DNA from: Octopus bimaculoides | Taxonomy: Eukaryota | Direction of reading: 5' to 3' | Length of the DNA: 64,000 nt | Assembly: GCF_001194135.2 (NCBI RefSeq) | Contig: NC_068990.1 | Span: 5,826,157 to 5,890,156 of the forward strand | Shown: piece by piece, positions 51,367 through 64,000 of the stretch | Numbering within the stretch: position 1 is the stretch's first letter | How the letters are laid out: each line of letters starts with the position of its first letter | Notes under the pieces: model-generated | What the model saw: the letters and a program-made list of their open reading frames with translations, nothing else | Database searches by the model: none | What the model was told of the DNA's origin: nothing | Position numbers and translations under genes: made by a program

Positions 51367-53699
51367 CTTTCCCCTTCCTCCATATTTGAAACTCGGCCTG
51401 CATTTATCGATAGTACTGAATCGTTTTATTAACCAAATGCTTTTTTTAAGTTACATCTCTTTACAGATTTACAAAGACGAGTAGAAATGTGGAAATCTAA
51501 TTATAAATACGATTAGCGTTTAAATAAGAAGGTACAACCGGAAATTGAACTTGCAGCGTAAACTCAACTTACAGTCACTCTTTACTATCTATATGTTATG
51601 ATAATGATAGCAAAAACAGTTGTCCCAAAATATAAACCTTGCTAGATCAGCTGCTGCATGAATAACTTTTCATACATATTGAATTTTCACAGTGAATGCC
51701 GTTGCGGTTCACCTTACTGAGAAAACATTTATAGCGCTTCAATGACCAGCTACAGGAAACGATGCATCAGTGTTAATATGGTGGTAACTATGTAGATTTC
51801 GAAATATTTGTCAGTGCTTAGCTGCAATAAATAGATGAAGAAATAGCAAACACCAATAGAGAAAAACATAAAAGAGAAGCAAAACAAGAAATATTCATTT
51901 TGAATTAAGCAAACAAGTGGAAAAATAACTGGATATAAATCAATGATATTGTTCAGTTGCGACAGAATTTTAATGTGAATTCCTATAACATCTGTACGTT
52001 TGGGTTGTTGCAGCCAAGAGAAGAGAGTTCACGTCGCGACCCTGTTTTCAGTAATCGTTTCACAACAACTCATTGGACTCCATGAGAAGAAATTTTTAGG
52101 TCTCTGCCTTTTAGTTTTTCTTTTAATTTCTTAAATTTATTTTAGCTCTATTTGTTAATATATTTACTTTTCTGCTTATTCGTTCGCGCAACTATTTACT
52201 CCACACTAAAATACTGAATTTCTGCTCAGTTACAAGATTAATTTCGGTTGTTTGTCTGCGGTGACATGAATTAAATTCAGAATGTAGAGAAGTAATTTCA
52301 AATATTACTAAGGGTTTAGTTTCAATAATCTACTGACACTGACCCTGTGTTACCGTCCTAAATTCAACACAACAAACCTCTTGAAATCCGCTTTGCTTTT
52401 CAATTACCCCGGTTAAGTAATAACGTAATCGATTTAATCGACTTCTAAATTCAACGTCTATTTTAAAAATCAATTTCTGAGAGAGGTTCGAGCTAGGTAG
52501 ACTGGATCGTTGGAAATTTCACTATTTATTTATGCTGTTGCTTTCGATTTCGCTGTTTATACATGTTTATTTTAAGCTGTTGAATTAAAACAATGTGAGA
52601 AGACGAGTGCTTTAAAGAAGAGAGTCGAGTATAACAACGACAAATTGAGTGTCATTACGGAAGCGAACGTATGCAAAAGATTAAATAATAATCCCACAGT
52701 AGGGAGGTATGGCCAAAACATCAATAAAATGCACCAGGAGCTATAGTGTTTGTCCAGCATCTGCCAGTCGAAAAGGATCACTTGTCTAGGGCAACACATA
52801 ACAACTGTACCAAATGATTTTACAGAAATTTAATGAAATGATCTACGCACTCTCCCTTACTCAGCTTACTCTCTGGGCCTCTTTCCCACTATTATTGTTA
52901 TATGGACTGTTAGATATGTAATTCGTCTGACGTTCCGTGTGTCATGTGGTTCGTCTGAGTTCATTGTTTCATTGTTGTTGTCTTGTGGGACTGTCGTAGT
53001 AAAATGTCATTGATATATATATGGCGGACATGACTTTTGTTTATTCATAACGAACATTGGGTGAGTGCGTTCTTTGTATGTAATTGAACAATAAATGTAA
53101 TAATTAAATTGTATAACGCGTTATGTTATCTCTGCGAGTCAGTCAGAGGGAAACATAACAATTATGTTTTCAAATGTCTCGATAACTTCCTGTAAATGAA
53201 AACCGTCAACCATGCGGCAGCTCAAAATAACTTCAAAGAATTTATTGGTTCCAGGACTCCAGAATTCTAAATTCGTGGGACAAATAAACTGCTTTCTTCT
53301 TGCCAACAGGAACTATAGAGACTAATGGTTATTATTTCAGTTAATAAAATCTACTCTGAGCTAAGATATATTGCCTTAAATTTGACTTAAAAATCTACAA
53401 TTATTTTCGCACCAACCTGATAAAATGCCATCGCTAAACACTGACTTCATTTACTCTGCAACTCAAGCGTTTCTATCAGTCTTGATATTCTGAAATGGTG
53501 AAAACAATCGATGATGTTGCTTGCATTAATATGTTATTAAGCAAGTGAATCAGAGACATGTTTTTGTTTCTTTTTCATTAGATTCGACTCCGTTTGTTAC
53601 AAACTGTTGACTAATTCGGAAACTAGGAAAGTAACTGAACCTTGACCACTAAACTAGACAATTTTGTTTATAATTTTTTTTTAAACTGTCTGTGAATAT

Positions 53700-54560
53700 C
53701 GGGCTTTGACAGTTCCATCTCAGGTGATTGTAACAATGGTGGAAAAAATATCAATGTTAATTTATTGATGCGTTTGGGCCGGTTTATGTCTGTATTTCAG
53801 ACAACTGTAAAAAAATGTTTTAAAAATTCCAAACTCTGCAAAACTCAGGTACAAATTCTTCATGGTTCAAAGCGTTGCTTACTTTTTACTCACCCTGATG
53901 TAAAACACCTTTATGAACTAGGAAAAGTGTCTAAACTTGATCAGTGGGTCCCACGCCACCAATCTGCCTCTCTGATTATCATTGAAGAGTCGGCTTGCTA
54001 CCGAACTTTTCCTAAGGATAACCATTACACATGATCAGAACTAGCTTCCCTATGATTATATCCAAGAAAAACGACAATAGTTGGCACTCATAAATAGCAG
54101 TATCTATCCCCAAAGCAAGGTCACACTCGTAAAAATGCTATTCTCTGAATTTGGTGAGGTATGAAGTCGCTTATCATGAAGTGTTAAATCATAACGAAAT
54201 AATTAATGTAGGGAAAATATTTGTCGTCAGTCGGAAGCATTGCAAAATGATTTGCAGAAAAACTGCCCAGTATTCGTCAATCGTAAAGGGGCGTTGCTCT
54301 TGCACGATAAGGCAAAACCACCTATTACCCAAGATCCATAAGAAAAAATTAAGGCACTAAATATGGAAGTTTTGCCTCATCTGCATTCTGCCTGACAACC
54401 ATATTTTCAAATCATCGCTACATTATTTAGAGAGAAAACAGTTTACTAATTGTGAAGAGATTAAAAATGATATTATTATTTCTTCTTCCTTCGAACCCAA
54501 CTGAACAACAATTTGCGAAATAGACGATATTGTGTTATTCATAATAAGAGGATCCATTCC
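53700..54560 (+). mobile_element. Highly decayed mariner transposase (Mos1/Hsmar1-like)
   Basis: HLYELGKVSKLDQWVPR (cf. WVPHEL) and RKGALLLHDKAKPP..EKIKALNMEVLPH (cf. LLHDNARPH..EVLPHPPYSPDL). Confidence 0.75.
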
Positions 54561-54969
54561 CTTGATTAAATATATCAATTAAGATCAAAGAAGTATTTGT
54601 TTCCTCCACTCCCATCTTCTAATCCAACAGGATTTATTTATGTGTACGTATGTGTCGTTAATTGCACCAAGGCATTTACAAATTAGTCATGTAGATATGC
54701 GAATAAACATTGTAATTTAGTAGGAAACAAGAAAAAGACTATTATAGTTAAGTAGATATCCAGTGAGTTCATATATCATCATCGCAGCTAAGACAATGTA
54801 GAGTCCAGGCAATCGTTTACAGTTATTTCTGAGGTTCAGCGAACAGTAAGTACAGCAGAGTGCATATTGTGTATATATACATGCATTGTGTTGCTTTTAA
54901 CAAATGTATATGACATAACGTAAATTTACGTCTAATTATAAAATTGTAGTGTCATTGAGAGAAGAATAT

Positions 54970-55415
<446 letters not shown>

Positions 55416-57344
55416 CTGTTAGATTCATGCTCTTGCAAGTGGGGTTTTTTTTCACTCATTACTGCAGAAAGTAGAAATAGATTGAATATAATCGCTTGAG
55501 CAATAATATGAAAAATTATTCAATTCCATTATCTTACAGATGATTGCTATTTTTGCTATTGATAAATAGATGTAATTTTCGTAAATTTGACAAAATTGTT
55601 CAGAACATAATGAGACATTTCTGTATTATATTGAAACGATAAATACATTAATCTTTAAATATTAATGAATTCAAGGAGGAGATTTTGAAAGAATTTTTGG
55701 GTTTTTTTCTTTTTCTGTTTTTACATCTTTTAATGGGAAACATAATTTTAATTGGAATAGAAGGCAAACACAAAGTTTGCAATCACTTGGATTATGGATA
55801 AAATTAATGTTAATCATAAACATACAAGGGCGAAGACGGAGACTCTGTAAGCGACTATTAAATTATAAATGATAAATCTATGAGGTAATTAATAAAACCA
55901 AAATTGCAAAATAATTTTAATTTGATTTTCAGATAATGCCCAACGAATATGGTGGAGTAGTTGAAATGATAGTAATTGATTTTGCCGCTGTAGGTTCTGT
56001 GTTCTAATTTCTGCACTGAACTTTTTCCCATGGTCTGTATCTTATTCGGTTTGAAAGCGTAAGAACCGATGTTTTTGTTTTTATGTTATGTTTCTGTTTG
56101 ATAATCACGTTCTGCTATTCCAGGTTGTATATCTCTCCGTTCAAGTACCTTCGTACCTTTAGTTTTTGTATCTCCCTCGGTTTGAAAACGTAAGTATAGT
56201 TACTTTGGTTTTTATAACTTGCTGTTGTTTGAAAGATGTCTTTTTCTGAACTTGAATCGAATCATGTTAGTTAGCTCTGCCTTTTTCAGCAGATATGCAG
56301 CTTTGGCGTACTTTGGCGTATCGTAAATAATATCAGTAACTTCACAGAATTTATTAAAGCGGTTATGAAATGGGTTGAAGCTGTTGCCTAGTGCCAGATA
56401 TGGCCTGAAAGTGCAGATAAACCTTTAAAAATTCTAAATGTGTTTCACATAAGAGAGCAATGACCGACAGTACCAACTTTATGCAGTCGGTCAACCTGCT
56501 TAAAATATCAACCAAATATCTTTCAAATGATACTATTGTCTTGACAAACGAAAGACCCGTTGAACAAGCAATTCCTCAATACACTACACCTGAAATTAAG
56601 GCGAAGTGGTCATGTTTGAAATGACTTTGATCATATGTATTCTCGATTAAAGATCGTTGGAAACTAATCAACAGCAACAAGAAAATTTTCGATCAACAAT
56701 TTGAAAAGGTTTCCCGTTTGTTACTGAATAAAATTTTCGTATCTCACAGTGTTCTAAAGTTTGGAAGTTGTACAAATTAATTATGACACCAACAAAGTTC
56801 ATAAGTTTTAATTTCAGGTTTCCTTTATTAATTAAATGATGCTTTGACTGAATGAATACTATTGAGAGATATCAGGAGACAAGTCATTGATTCGAAGCAT
56901 TAAACATTGTTGGAAAACTGACCCTAGAGGCCTAACAACACTTAAACATAATAAATCAAATAATGTAAATTTTAAAAGTAGGTTTTCTACAAAGACATTT
57001 TCTGTAAAATTATCTAGACATCAATAACTTTTATATCGATTTAATTTTTGAAGTTCTCTTTAAATCTTATATCTGTTTATCTCCAGATTATTTTATATTT
57101 TTCTAATTCTCATGTTATGAATACAAATTACTCAAAAATTATTTAGAATTAATATTCGTGTATATTTTGTGTCGCACTCTTAAAATTATACATCTGAAAT
57201 GTTCTACTTTCAATTTGAAGTTTTGTTTTTCTTTAATGTAATTAAAAAAAACATCATTTTTAAATATAATAACATTGAGAGTTATACAAGGCAGAATACT
57301 TGTAACACGAGAGAAAAAAGATGCGTCACGATTCTGTATCTTCT

Positions 57345-57535
57345 CACATAAGAAAATACAGGAGGATGAGTTAATAATGACCTTATTCAACATATCCCCC
57401 TCTCAGATTCACACACTTTTTGCAGCGGTCTTTCAGTTGTTCTGAACCCTGTAAAAGAACTCGGAAAGTTGGGTCTCCAACTAGACCTTTTGCGATACCC
57501 TTCAAGCCAGGACCTTTTCAGCACCCGCCATGTAC
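57345..57535. mobile_element. Mariner-derived MITE fragment
   Basis: TTATTCAACATATCCCC..CCAGGACCTTTTCAGCACCCGCCATGTA; mariner-like TIR end plus TA. Confidence 0.55.
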
Positions 57536-59049
57536 ACATTCAAGTTACGTATTCCTCAACATTTTCGTCCACCCAGTTCAACGTTATATGAAAAGAGATA
57601 TAAGATTCATAATTCCAGTTGGTGGAAGCGTTGTTTGTTGTAATTTGATCAAAAGCCGGCTCTGACTCATTAGCTTTATATGATCATAAACACTCAAGAC
57701 TTGAACATCCAGCTTTTTGTGTCTAATGGTAATTGTACGCTAAACTGCATTATGAATTGTGCGTCTTTTAAGACTGCACTCTAAGATTAACAGATATTTA
57801 GCTGTTGTTTATTGCAGTTCCACCGATCTCATTGGAAGTGCTATAAAAGTGACGTTTGGTTAGCCTGTAGTTCCAATTTCAATCCTACTGCAATTGAAAA
57901 GTGGCGGATGGAAGGAGAGTTCAGCATGCCTTTTTGTTATTGGATTGAATGAAGAGCCTGGTCCTACAGGTGGACTCAATTGTTGTAACTGGTGGTTTGC
58001 CTCCAATACCTACAAGAATGACCACTTAGATAACGAGGATCGTTGCTCGATCGGCTTGAAACAGCCGCCAAATGTCCCTACAAATCACGCGCTACCGTAT
58101 TTAAGGATGACGGTGGATGAGTTTTCCGTACACTCTGCCTAAGAAAAAGATTACATGGCCGTTTTTATTATAGGTCTACTGGATCAAGGTTACCCTGGGG
58201 TTTAAAAAAAAAGCAACATAAGTTTTCTTGAGTTTTGGAAATATCACAAATAGTAGAGAGAATGATGAATGGATTCTATCAAAGTAACTCTTTGTTTATA
58301 AATTCAATCCATCTTCTGTCATTCTTTACCTTTTATCATTTCAGTGGAGGGAAATCTATATAACTTGGCCTTCTAGAAAGTTGAATTTTGTCATATATTT
58401 GAGTATATTTGTCAGACATCTGAGTTACTGCAGCTACTGCCCAAATCACCAGCACACCAACAAGCTTTATCCTCCACACATTCACTGTTTCTGCTACTGC
58501 AAGTGAACCTCCTCCTACTCTTCCAAACTTTGTAGCTGTATACCATGGTTAAGTTAATGTTTGAACACTTAGTATAATGAGAATCAAATACTCAGAAAAT
58601 CTTATGCGGTAAAGCAAAAATAGGACCAGCTCAGTGACTTTTATCATTTTAACCATTTCGGTAAGTACAGAAGACAACTGAGACGTTTCGCTATAAATAG
58701 ACACTGCCTTTTCTCAATAAGCATTTTCTATTGTCTTTCACTATACAAATTCTACACTAATCACTTAACCGAATCACTTTTGTAAGGATCTGTAACCTGA
58801 TAGAAGACGTGACCTTTTGTCTGTCCACGTTCTCATAGCAGTCGCCAATCTGGGGTAATTGAGCCTTCTCATCATGAAGGACCAATAAAGGAGAAGGTCA
58901 GTATCCTTCTTCCACTGTATAAAAAATGAACAAGGAAAGTGTTTCATTAGCTACAAAAAATATTTAGTTGAGATTATTTGCCAGAACACAAGAAAGTTCA
59001 CTACTATAAAGAAACAGCTCACAATAATAACTGCACCATTCTTCAGTTT

Positions 59050-59190
59050 ACATATGGTCTAGTGGTTGGAATGCTGAGTCGTAGCTTCGATTCTTGCACC
59101 GAGCAGTGTGTTGTGTCCTTGAGCAAGGGGCTTCTTTTTATGTTATTTCAATCCACTCAGCTGAAAATGAGTACCAGTCCAATGCTACTG
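59050..59190 (+). mobile_element. tRNA-derived CORE SINE, partial
   Basis: ATGGTCTAGTGGTT..TTGTGTCCTTGAGCAAGG..CCACTCAGCTGAAAATGAGTACC. Confidence 0.65.
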
Positions 59191-59959
59191 CAGCTCTCTA
59201 CTCTTCAGCTGTCCCATCATCTGTTTACTCGCATCTTTTTTTTTTCTGAATGAAATAGAAAGGCGTTTCATTGGCCACAAAAAATATTCAGTTGTGAATA
59301 ATTGCCAGAACACGAGCAAGTTCACTGTTATAAAGAATCAACTCACAATAATAATTGCGGCATTCCTCAGAGAGTGTATATGGCTGGTCACTACTACATA
59401 CGCATCTAAACTAATTAGCGAAAGACTGGTATATGTTACCAAGTCATACTTGCTTGCGAGTGACTGTTTACATTACTGATGTGCAACGTTCTTTGTGATG
59501 CAGCATCAAATAGGTACGGTCGATGTATCCAACTGTCTTGTTTGAAATATTGGCACAATATGCCATGAAGGTAGGTTGCTTCCCTCAAGCGAATTTACTT
59601 TAAATACACTATATTGATATGGCTTCAGGAAGTATACTATAGCTTAACTTGACTTCATATTATAACGATATATTATATATGCAAAAAGATATGTATATAT
59701 GTATACATAAACAGACACGCGCACACACACACACACACACTCAAACGCACACAAAAACACACACACAGACACAGACACACACATTTATACTGAAGATATG
59801 CAGCGTAGCTTCATGAGGAGATCTAGCAATAAATATAATGCATACATACAGACTGAAGAGAGAGCTCCAATACGTTGCTTCTAAAATATGTTTATAGTAA
59901 CACAATTGTGTGGGGGGGGTGTACCTGTATATACACATATAAATAGTGTGTATATGCAT

Positions 59960-60345
59960 AAAACCATACGAATATATGTATGTATATGTGCAGATTTGTA
60001 TTTTTGTTTTATGTATGTATTCTCATGTATATAGTTGCATATCTAATCATGTTCATATATATTTAAATGATAAACTTCTGGAAAGTTTTACTGGTTTTTA
60101 CTGTTCCATGGATGGAGTGGATCCGTCGTCTTCGAATAAGCTTTCACCTTTCTGGTTTTAAGAAGCCTAATTTCTCAAGATTGGTATTTAGGCAGTGTGT
60201 TACATATCCCAGGGCTCCAATAATTACAGGTATAAACCTGAACTTGTAATCTGGATAGACTAACTGCAGATGTCTCGATAGTTCAGCGTAGGTGTTCTCT
60301 TTTTCACTTATCTTCAGCTTTATAATATCCGCTGGGCAACTAGTA
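59960..60345 (-). mobile_element. 5'-truncated 3' end of a second R4-clade (restriction-like endonuclease) LINE family
   Basis: Minus frame SCPADIIKLKISEKENTYAELSRHLQLVYPDYKFRFIPVIIGALGYVTHCLNTNLEKLGF (K..KY..L and IPVIIGALG motifs); flanked by (CATA)n-like repeats. Confidence 0.8.
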
Positions 60346-60367
60346 TGTGTGTATGTATGTATGCATG

Positions 60368-60410
<43 letters not shown>

Positions 60411-61299
60411 GCATGTATGTAAGATTTGAACCAGACACTTCCTAGTTGCGAAGTGAACTTTTTAATTGCTATTTCTTTATAACATGGCAATCGTCATCAC
60501 AGAGTTTTTCATTGGCTCTCCTAGCTGCTGGTAGGTAACAGAATTACAAATCGAAACAGATTACTATGTTTTATAGAACATTAATATTCCTCCACACCAA
60601 TGAGGTGGACTTCTACTGGGTTGGTCTACTGCTAGAAGCAATAGCAAAAATCTACCCTCAAATCCAAGAAATTTTAACTTGAACTCCTTTAAGTCTCACT
60701 GTACCAGAAAATGACATATTAGAAAACGTGATTGGATGATCACGGTTAGAATTCTTTTGGACATAATCCTACCTGTTCATGGTCTAGTTGAGCCAACGAA
60801 GAAGACACTACGTGATTACTCCACCGATTAGTAATAAAAGCTAACCCTCCTTCAAATCACATCCTACCACCTTAGAAACGAACACGATATTTAATATCGT
60901 CCTGGGTTCTGTTCACTTAAGAAGAAAACGGGATGGTCTTGGAAGGAACGATCTTTGTCGCAAATAGGTCTGATCAATCAGAGATGTCTTAGGGCTAAAC
61001 AATAACAACTTCTGTCGGTGTTTTTATTAGTTATTCACCAGTTGCTGCAAAACCTGGCAGTCAGTCAGTAGAAATCGTATTGTTTAAAGTCGGATAGAAG
61101 AATCTAGTAAAATCATCTGAACCAGTACGCATGAGACATTTTAGCAGCATATACAAAAACTCATTTTAGCAGCATATACAAAAAAAAAAGGTTTATTTTA
61201 TTGAATCGTATGCTAAAGGATATTTCCATCAACTTGTGAAACCTTTTTTCCGATCCGAATTAGTTTCTGTCTATTTTTGCTTGTATATGTGCATATATA

Positions 61300-61705
61300 C
61301 GTATGCATACGTGGCTGTGCGGTAAGAAATCTGCTTCCCAACCACTTGGTTCCGGGTTCAGTCCCACTGTGTGGCACCTTGGGCGTGGATCTTCTACTAT
61401 AGCTACGAACCAAAAAAAAAAAAACCTTGTGAGTGAATTTGCTAGATGGAAACTGAAACAAGCCCATCTTACATTTAAATGTGTGTATGTGTGTCTATGT
61501 ATCTGTGTTTGTCCCCCACCACAGCTTGACAACTGATGTTGACCGATGCCTGCGTATTTACATCCTTGTAACATAGCGGCTCGGCAAAGCCTAGAATTAG
61601 TACCAGGCTTTAAAAAAAGGTACTGGGGTCAATTAAATCGGCTAAAATTTTTCAGGGTGGTGCAGCATCGTGGCTGCAGTCTAATGACTGAAGCAAGAAA
61701 AAGAT
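61300..61705 (+). mobile_element. CORE-type SINE, near full length
   Basis: GTGGCTGTGCGGTAAGAAATCTGCTTCCCAACCACTTGGTTCCGGGTTCAGTCCC..GGCACCTTGGGC..CTGAAGCAAGAAAAAGA. Confidence 0.85.
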
Positions 61706-61761
61706 ACATCAATATATATACATAACATTATATTACATTATGTTGTATAAAACATTATATA

Positions 61762-61816
<55 letters not shown>

Positions 61817-63477
61817 CATATACATACATATATATGAGTGTTTATGTATGTATAAATGTATGTATACATGTATATATGTATGCAAGTAACTATACACAGA
61901 TATTTGAAAAGGAACTAATAGAATTTGATGGAGGAATTTTTTTCTTCGCTACTTGATATCTGAGAAGTTGATAGAATTTTTAAAAGATTTTCAAAACTAA
62001 ATTTAAAAGCACATCATTTGATATTTAAACAACACCTTAAAAGTATTTTTGCTTCTCACTTATAAATACACTAATTGTGTCATATTCTAACATATGAAAA
62101 AAAAAATGATTTATATTTCAAAATATATTCTTTAATTTGTGTTTCAAAATGACATTTCTATACTTCAATTTATCAGCGTTTTTCTTATATCCTTGCAGAA
62201 ATATTACTCAAATGTGACATTTCATTTCCAACGTTATTGTTTTGTATTTTTTTTTTTTCTGTGAGCGCATTTCTCCGATGTTCTCAAATGAAATGTAATC
62301 TTTCCATTACTCTATCACTTTTATTTTAACACGATATTCCATTGTCAGAAGAAACAAATCAAAAAGTAAAAAAGAATTATTTTTAGAAATGAAAAACAAA
62401 AATGCAAATTTGTTATCAAACTACCAACATTTGTAGTGTTATGTTGTTATTATTTTTATTACAATTAAATGTTAATATTATTATATTCCCATACTTGTTG
62501 TTGTTGTTGTTGTTGTTGTTGTTAATATCAACTGCGTATGACGTGCAGCGCTAAACTTTTGCAAATTTTTAATATAAGTAGCTTAACTTTATTTTTTATT
62601 GTCTCGTTGAAGTTTGTAACAAATTTAGTAATTAGGAAAAAGCATTTCTGGTGTAATATCTCCCTTGTAGAGAAACATAACATTTGAACTATATTGGTTG
62701 TTGGGGAACATCGTAAAGAAGTAATTGTAGGAAAGGACTTCGACAATGAGAAAAGCAATAACGGGTAATACACTTCTAAGAAAAATATGAACCTTCAATG
62801 TGGCCTGCTGAGCAGCTAGAAATGGCAATAAGATATCCTTCAAATCACGCCTTAGCATCTGAAGGATACACTAGACAAATATAATACCAGGTAACCAATA
62901 AAAAGATGGGACGGTCACAATTAATGAATATGTTCCCCCACCCAAAAGAAACAACAGGTATAATAACAACAAAAGAATATTACATTGGATGATATAGTCC
63001 TATATATAATGAGTGTTGGAAAAAGATAGGATAATTAAGGAATGGAACGTATTTTATCAAAATTCTGAATCATGAATGATTTGGGGATAAAAGAAACAAA
63101 AGCAACTGTGAATGCAACACTGACATTAACACTAACAGCTTTGCAAGAACAGCGCTGGAGGCGCCGTCCACAAGCCAATATAACTCCGAAACATATTACG
63201 GATAGAACATGTACAATAGGATATACAAAAGAAAATTATAATATTGAAACAAATAAATTTCAACAAAGAAACACATTCACACAGATAGCACCAGAAATTC
63301 CAACAACCTGAGCAACGTTCCATAATTTGGTACCGCTGTAGGACAAAGAAAGTGACACTGAGTCAGATCAATGAGAAGAAGGAATCGACAAAATAGGAAA
63401 ATAAGTCACAATGCATCCTTGCCTGACAAATCAATCCGCGAAAAGGTGAGGGGAATGGTGATAAACTCTAAAGGATT

Positions 63478-63493
63478 CATATATATATATATA

Positions 63494-63588
<95 letters not shown>

Positions 63589-63675
63589 CTATGTTTGTAT
63601 GTATGTATGTATGTATGTATGTATGTATACATATATGTATGTATGTATGCGTACATATATGTATGTATATATGTG
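63478..63675. repeat. Compound (TA)n/(TG)n/(TATG)n microsatellite
   Basis: Direct inspection. Confidence 0.95.
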
Positions 63676-64000
63676 TAATTGTTCTGCCTTTGTGTGGTTT
63701 GTTTTCACATCAATCTGAGGTCATTTTTACATTTCATCCAGTCTAACTTGAAAATAAAGTCGCAGTCAAATATTTGGGTAGCTCGATTCTGTCTCTTCTT
63801 CCTCGATGTATCTCCCTCTGTGTTCCTCCCATCTCTCTTTCTCTCTCACTTTTTCTCTTTCTCTTTCAGTCACCATCTCTCTTTTTCGCTTTCTCTACTC
63901 TCTTACTCTCCCTCTCGCAATCGGCTACGTTGCACTACGTTTCAATGGAGAAGGGTCACTCTGAGTAACCCTTCCTCTCAAAATAGAGAAGAACTGACCA

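Overview
Eukaryotic, AT-rich, microsatellite-saturated draft-assembly DNA with nine N gaps. The SINE families and repeat density suggest an octopus (coleoid cephalopod) genome; this is an inference, not checked. No intact, recognisable host gene is present, and nearly all long ORFs in the track are artefacts of microsatellites or N gaps. The window is mostly a mobile-element graveyard: tRNA-derived SINEs (CORE-type and Nin/Deu-type, often stacked head-to-tail), decayed L1/Tx1 and R4/Dong non-LTR retrotransposons, Penelope-like remnants, two decayed mariners, two foldback MITEs with perfect 8-bp TSDs, and a Helentron/HINE-like repeat. The most interesting structure is at 22.5-26.0 kb. Two different ORF1-only Tx1/L1-like elements sit one after the other, each starting right after the same 15-bp site (AAGAAG(T/C)TTGCTTCC) in the anticodon region of a tRNA-derived SINE head. 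Just downstream is a near-canonical minimal type-I hammerhead ribozyme (25917-25967). There is also a ~200-codon unassigned pseudo-ORF (18980-19588, minus) and a few weak exon candidates.
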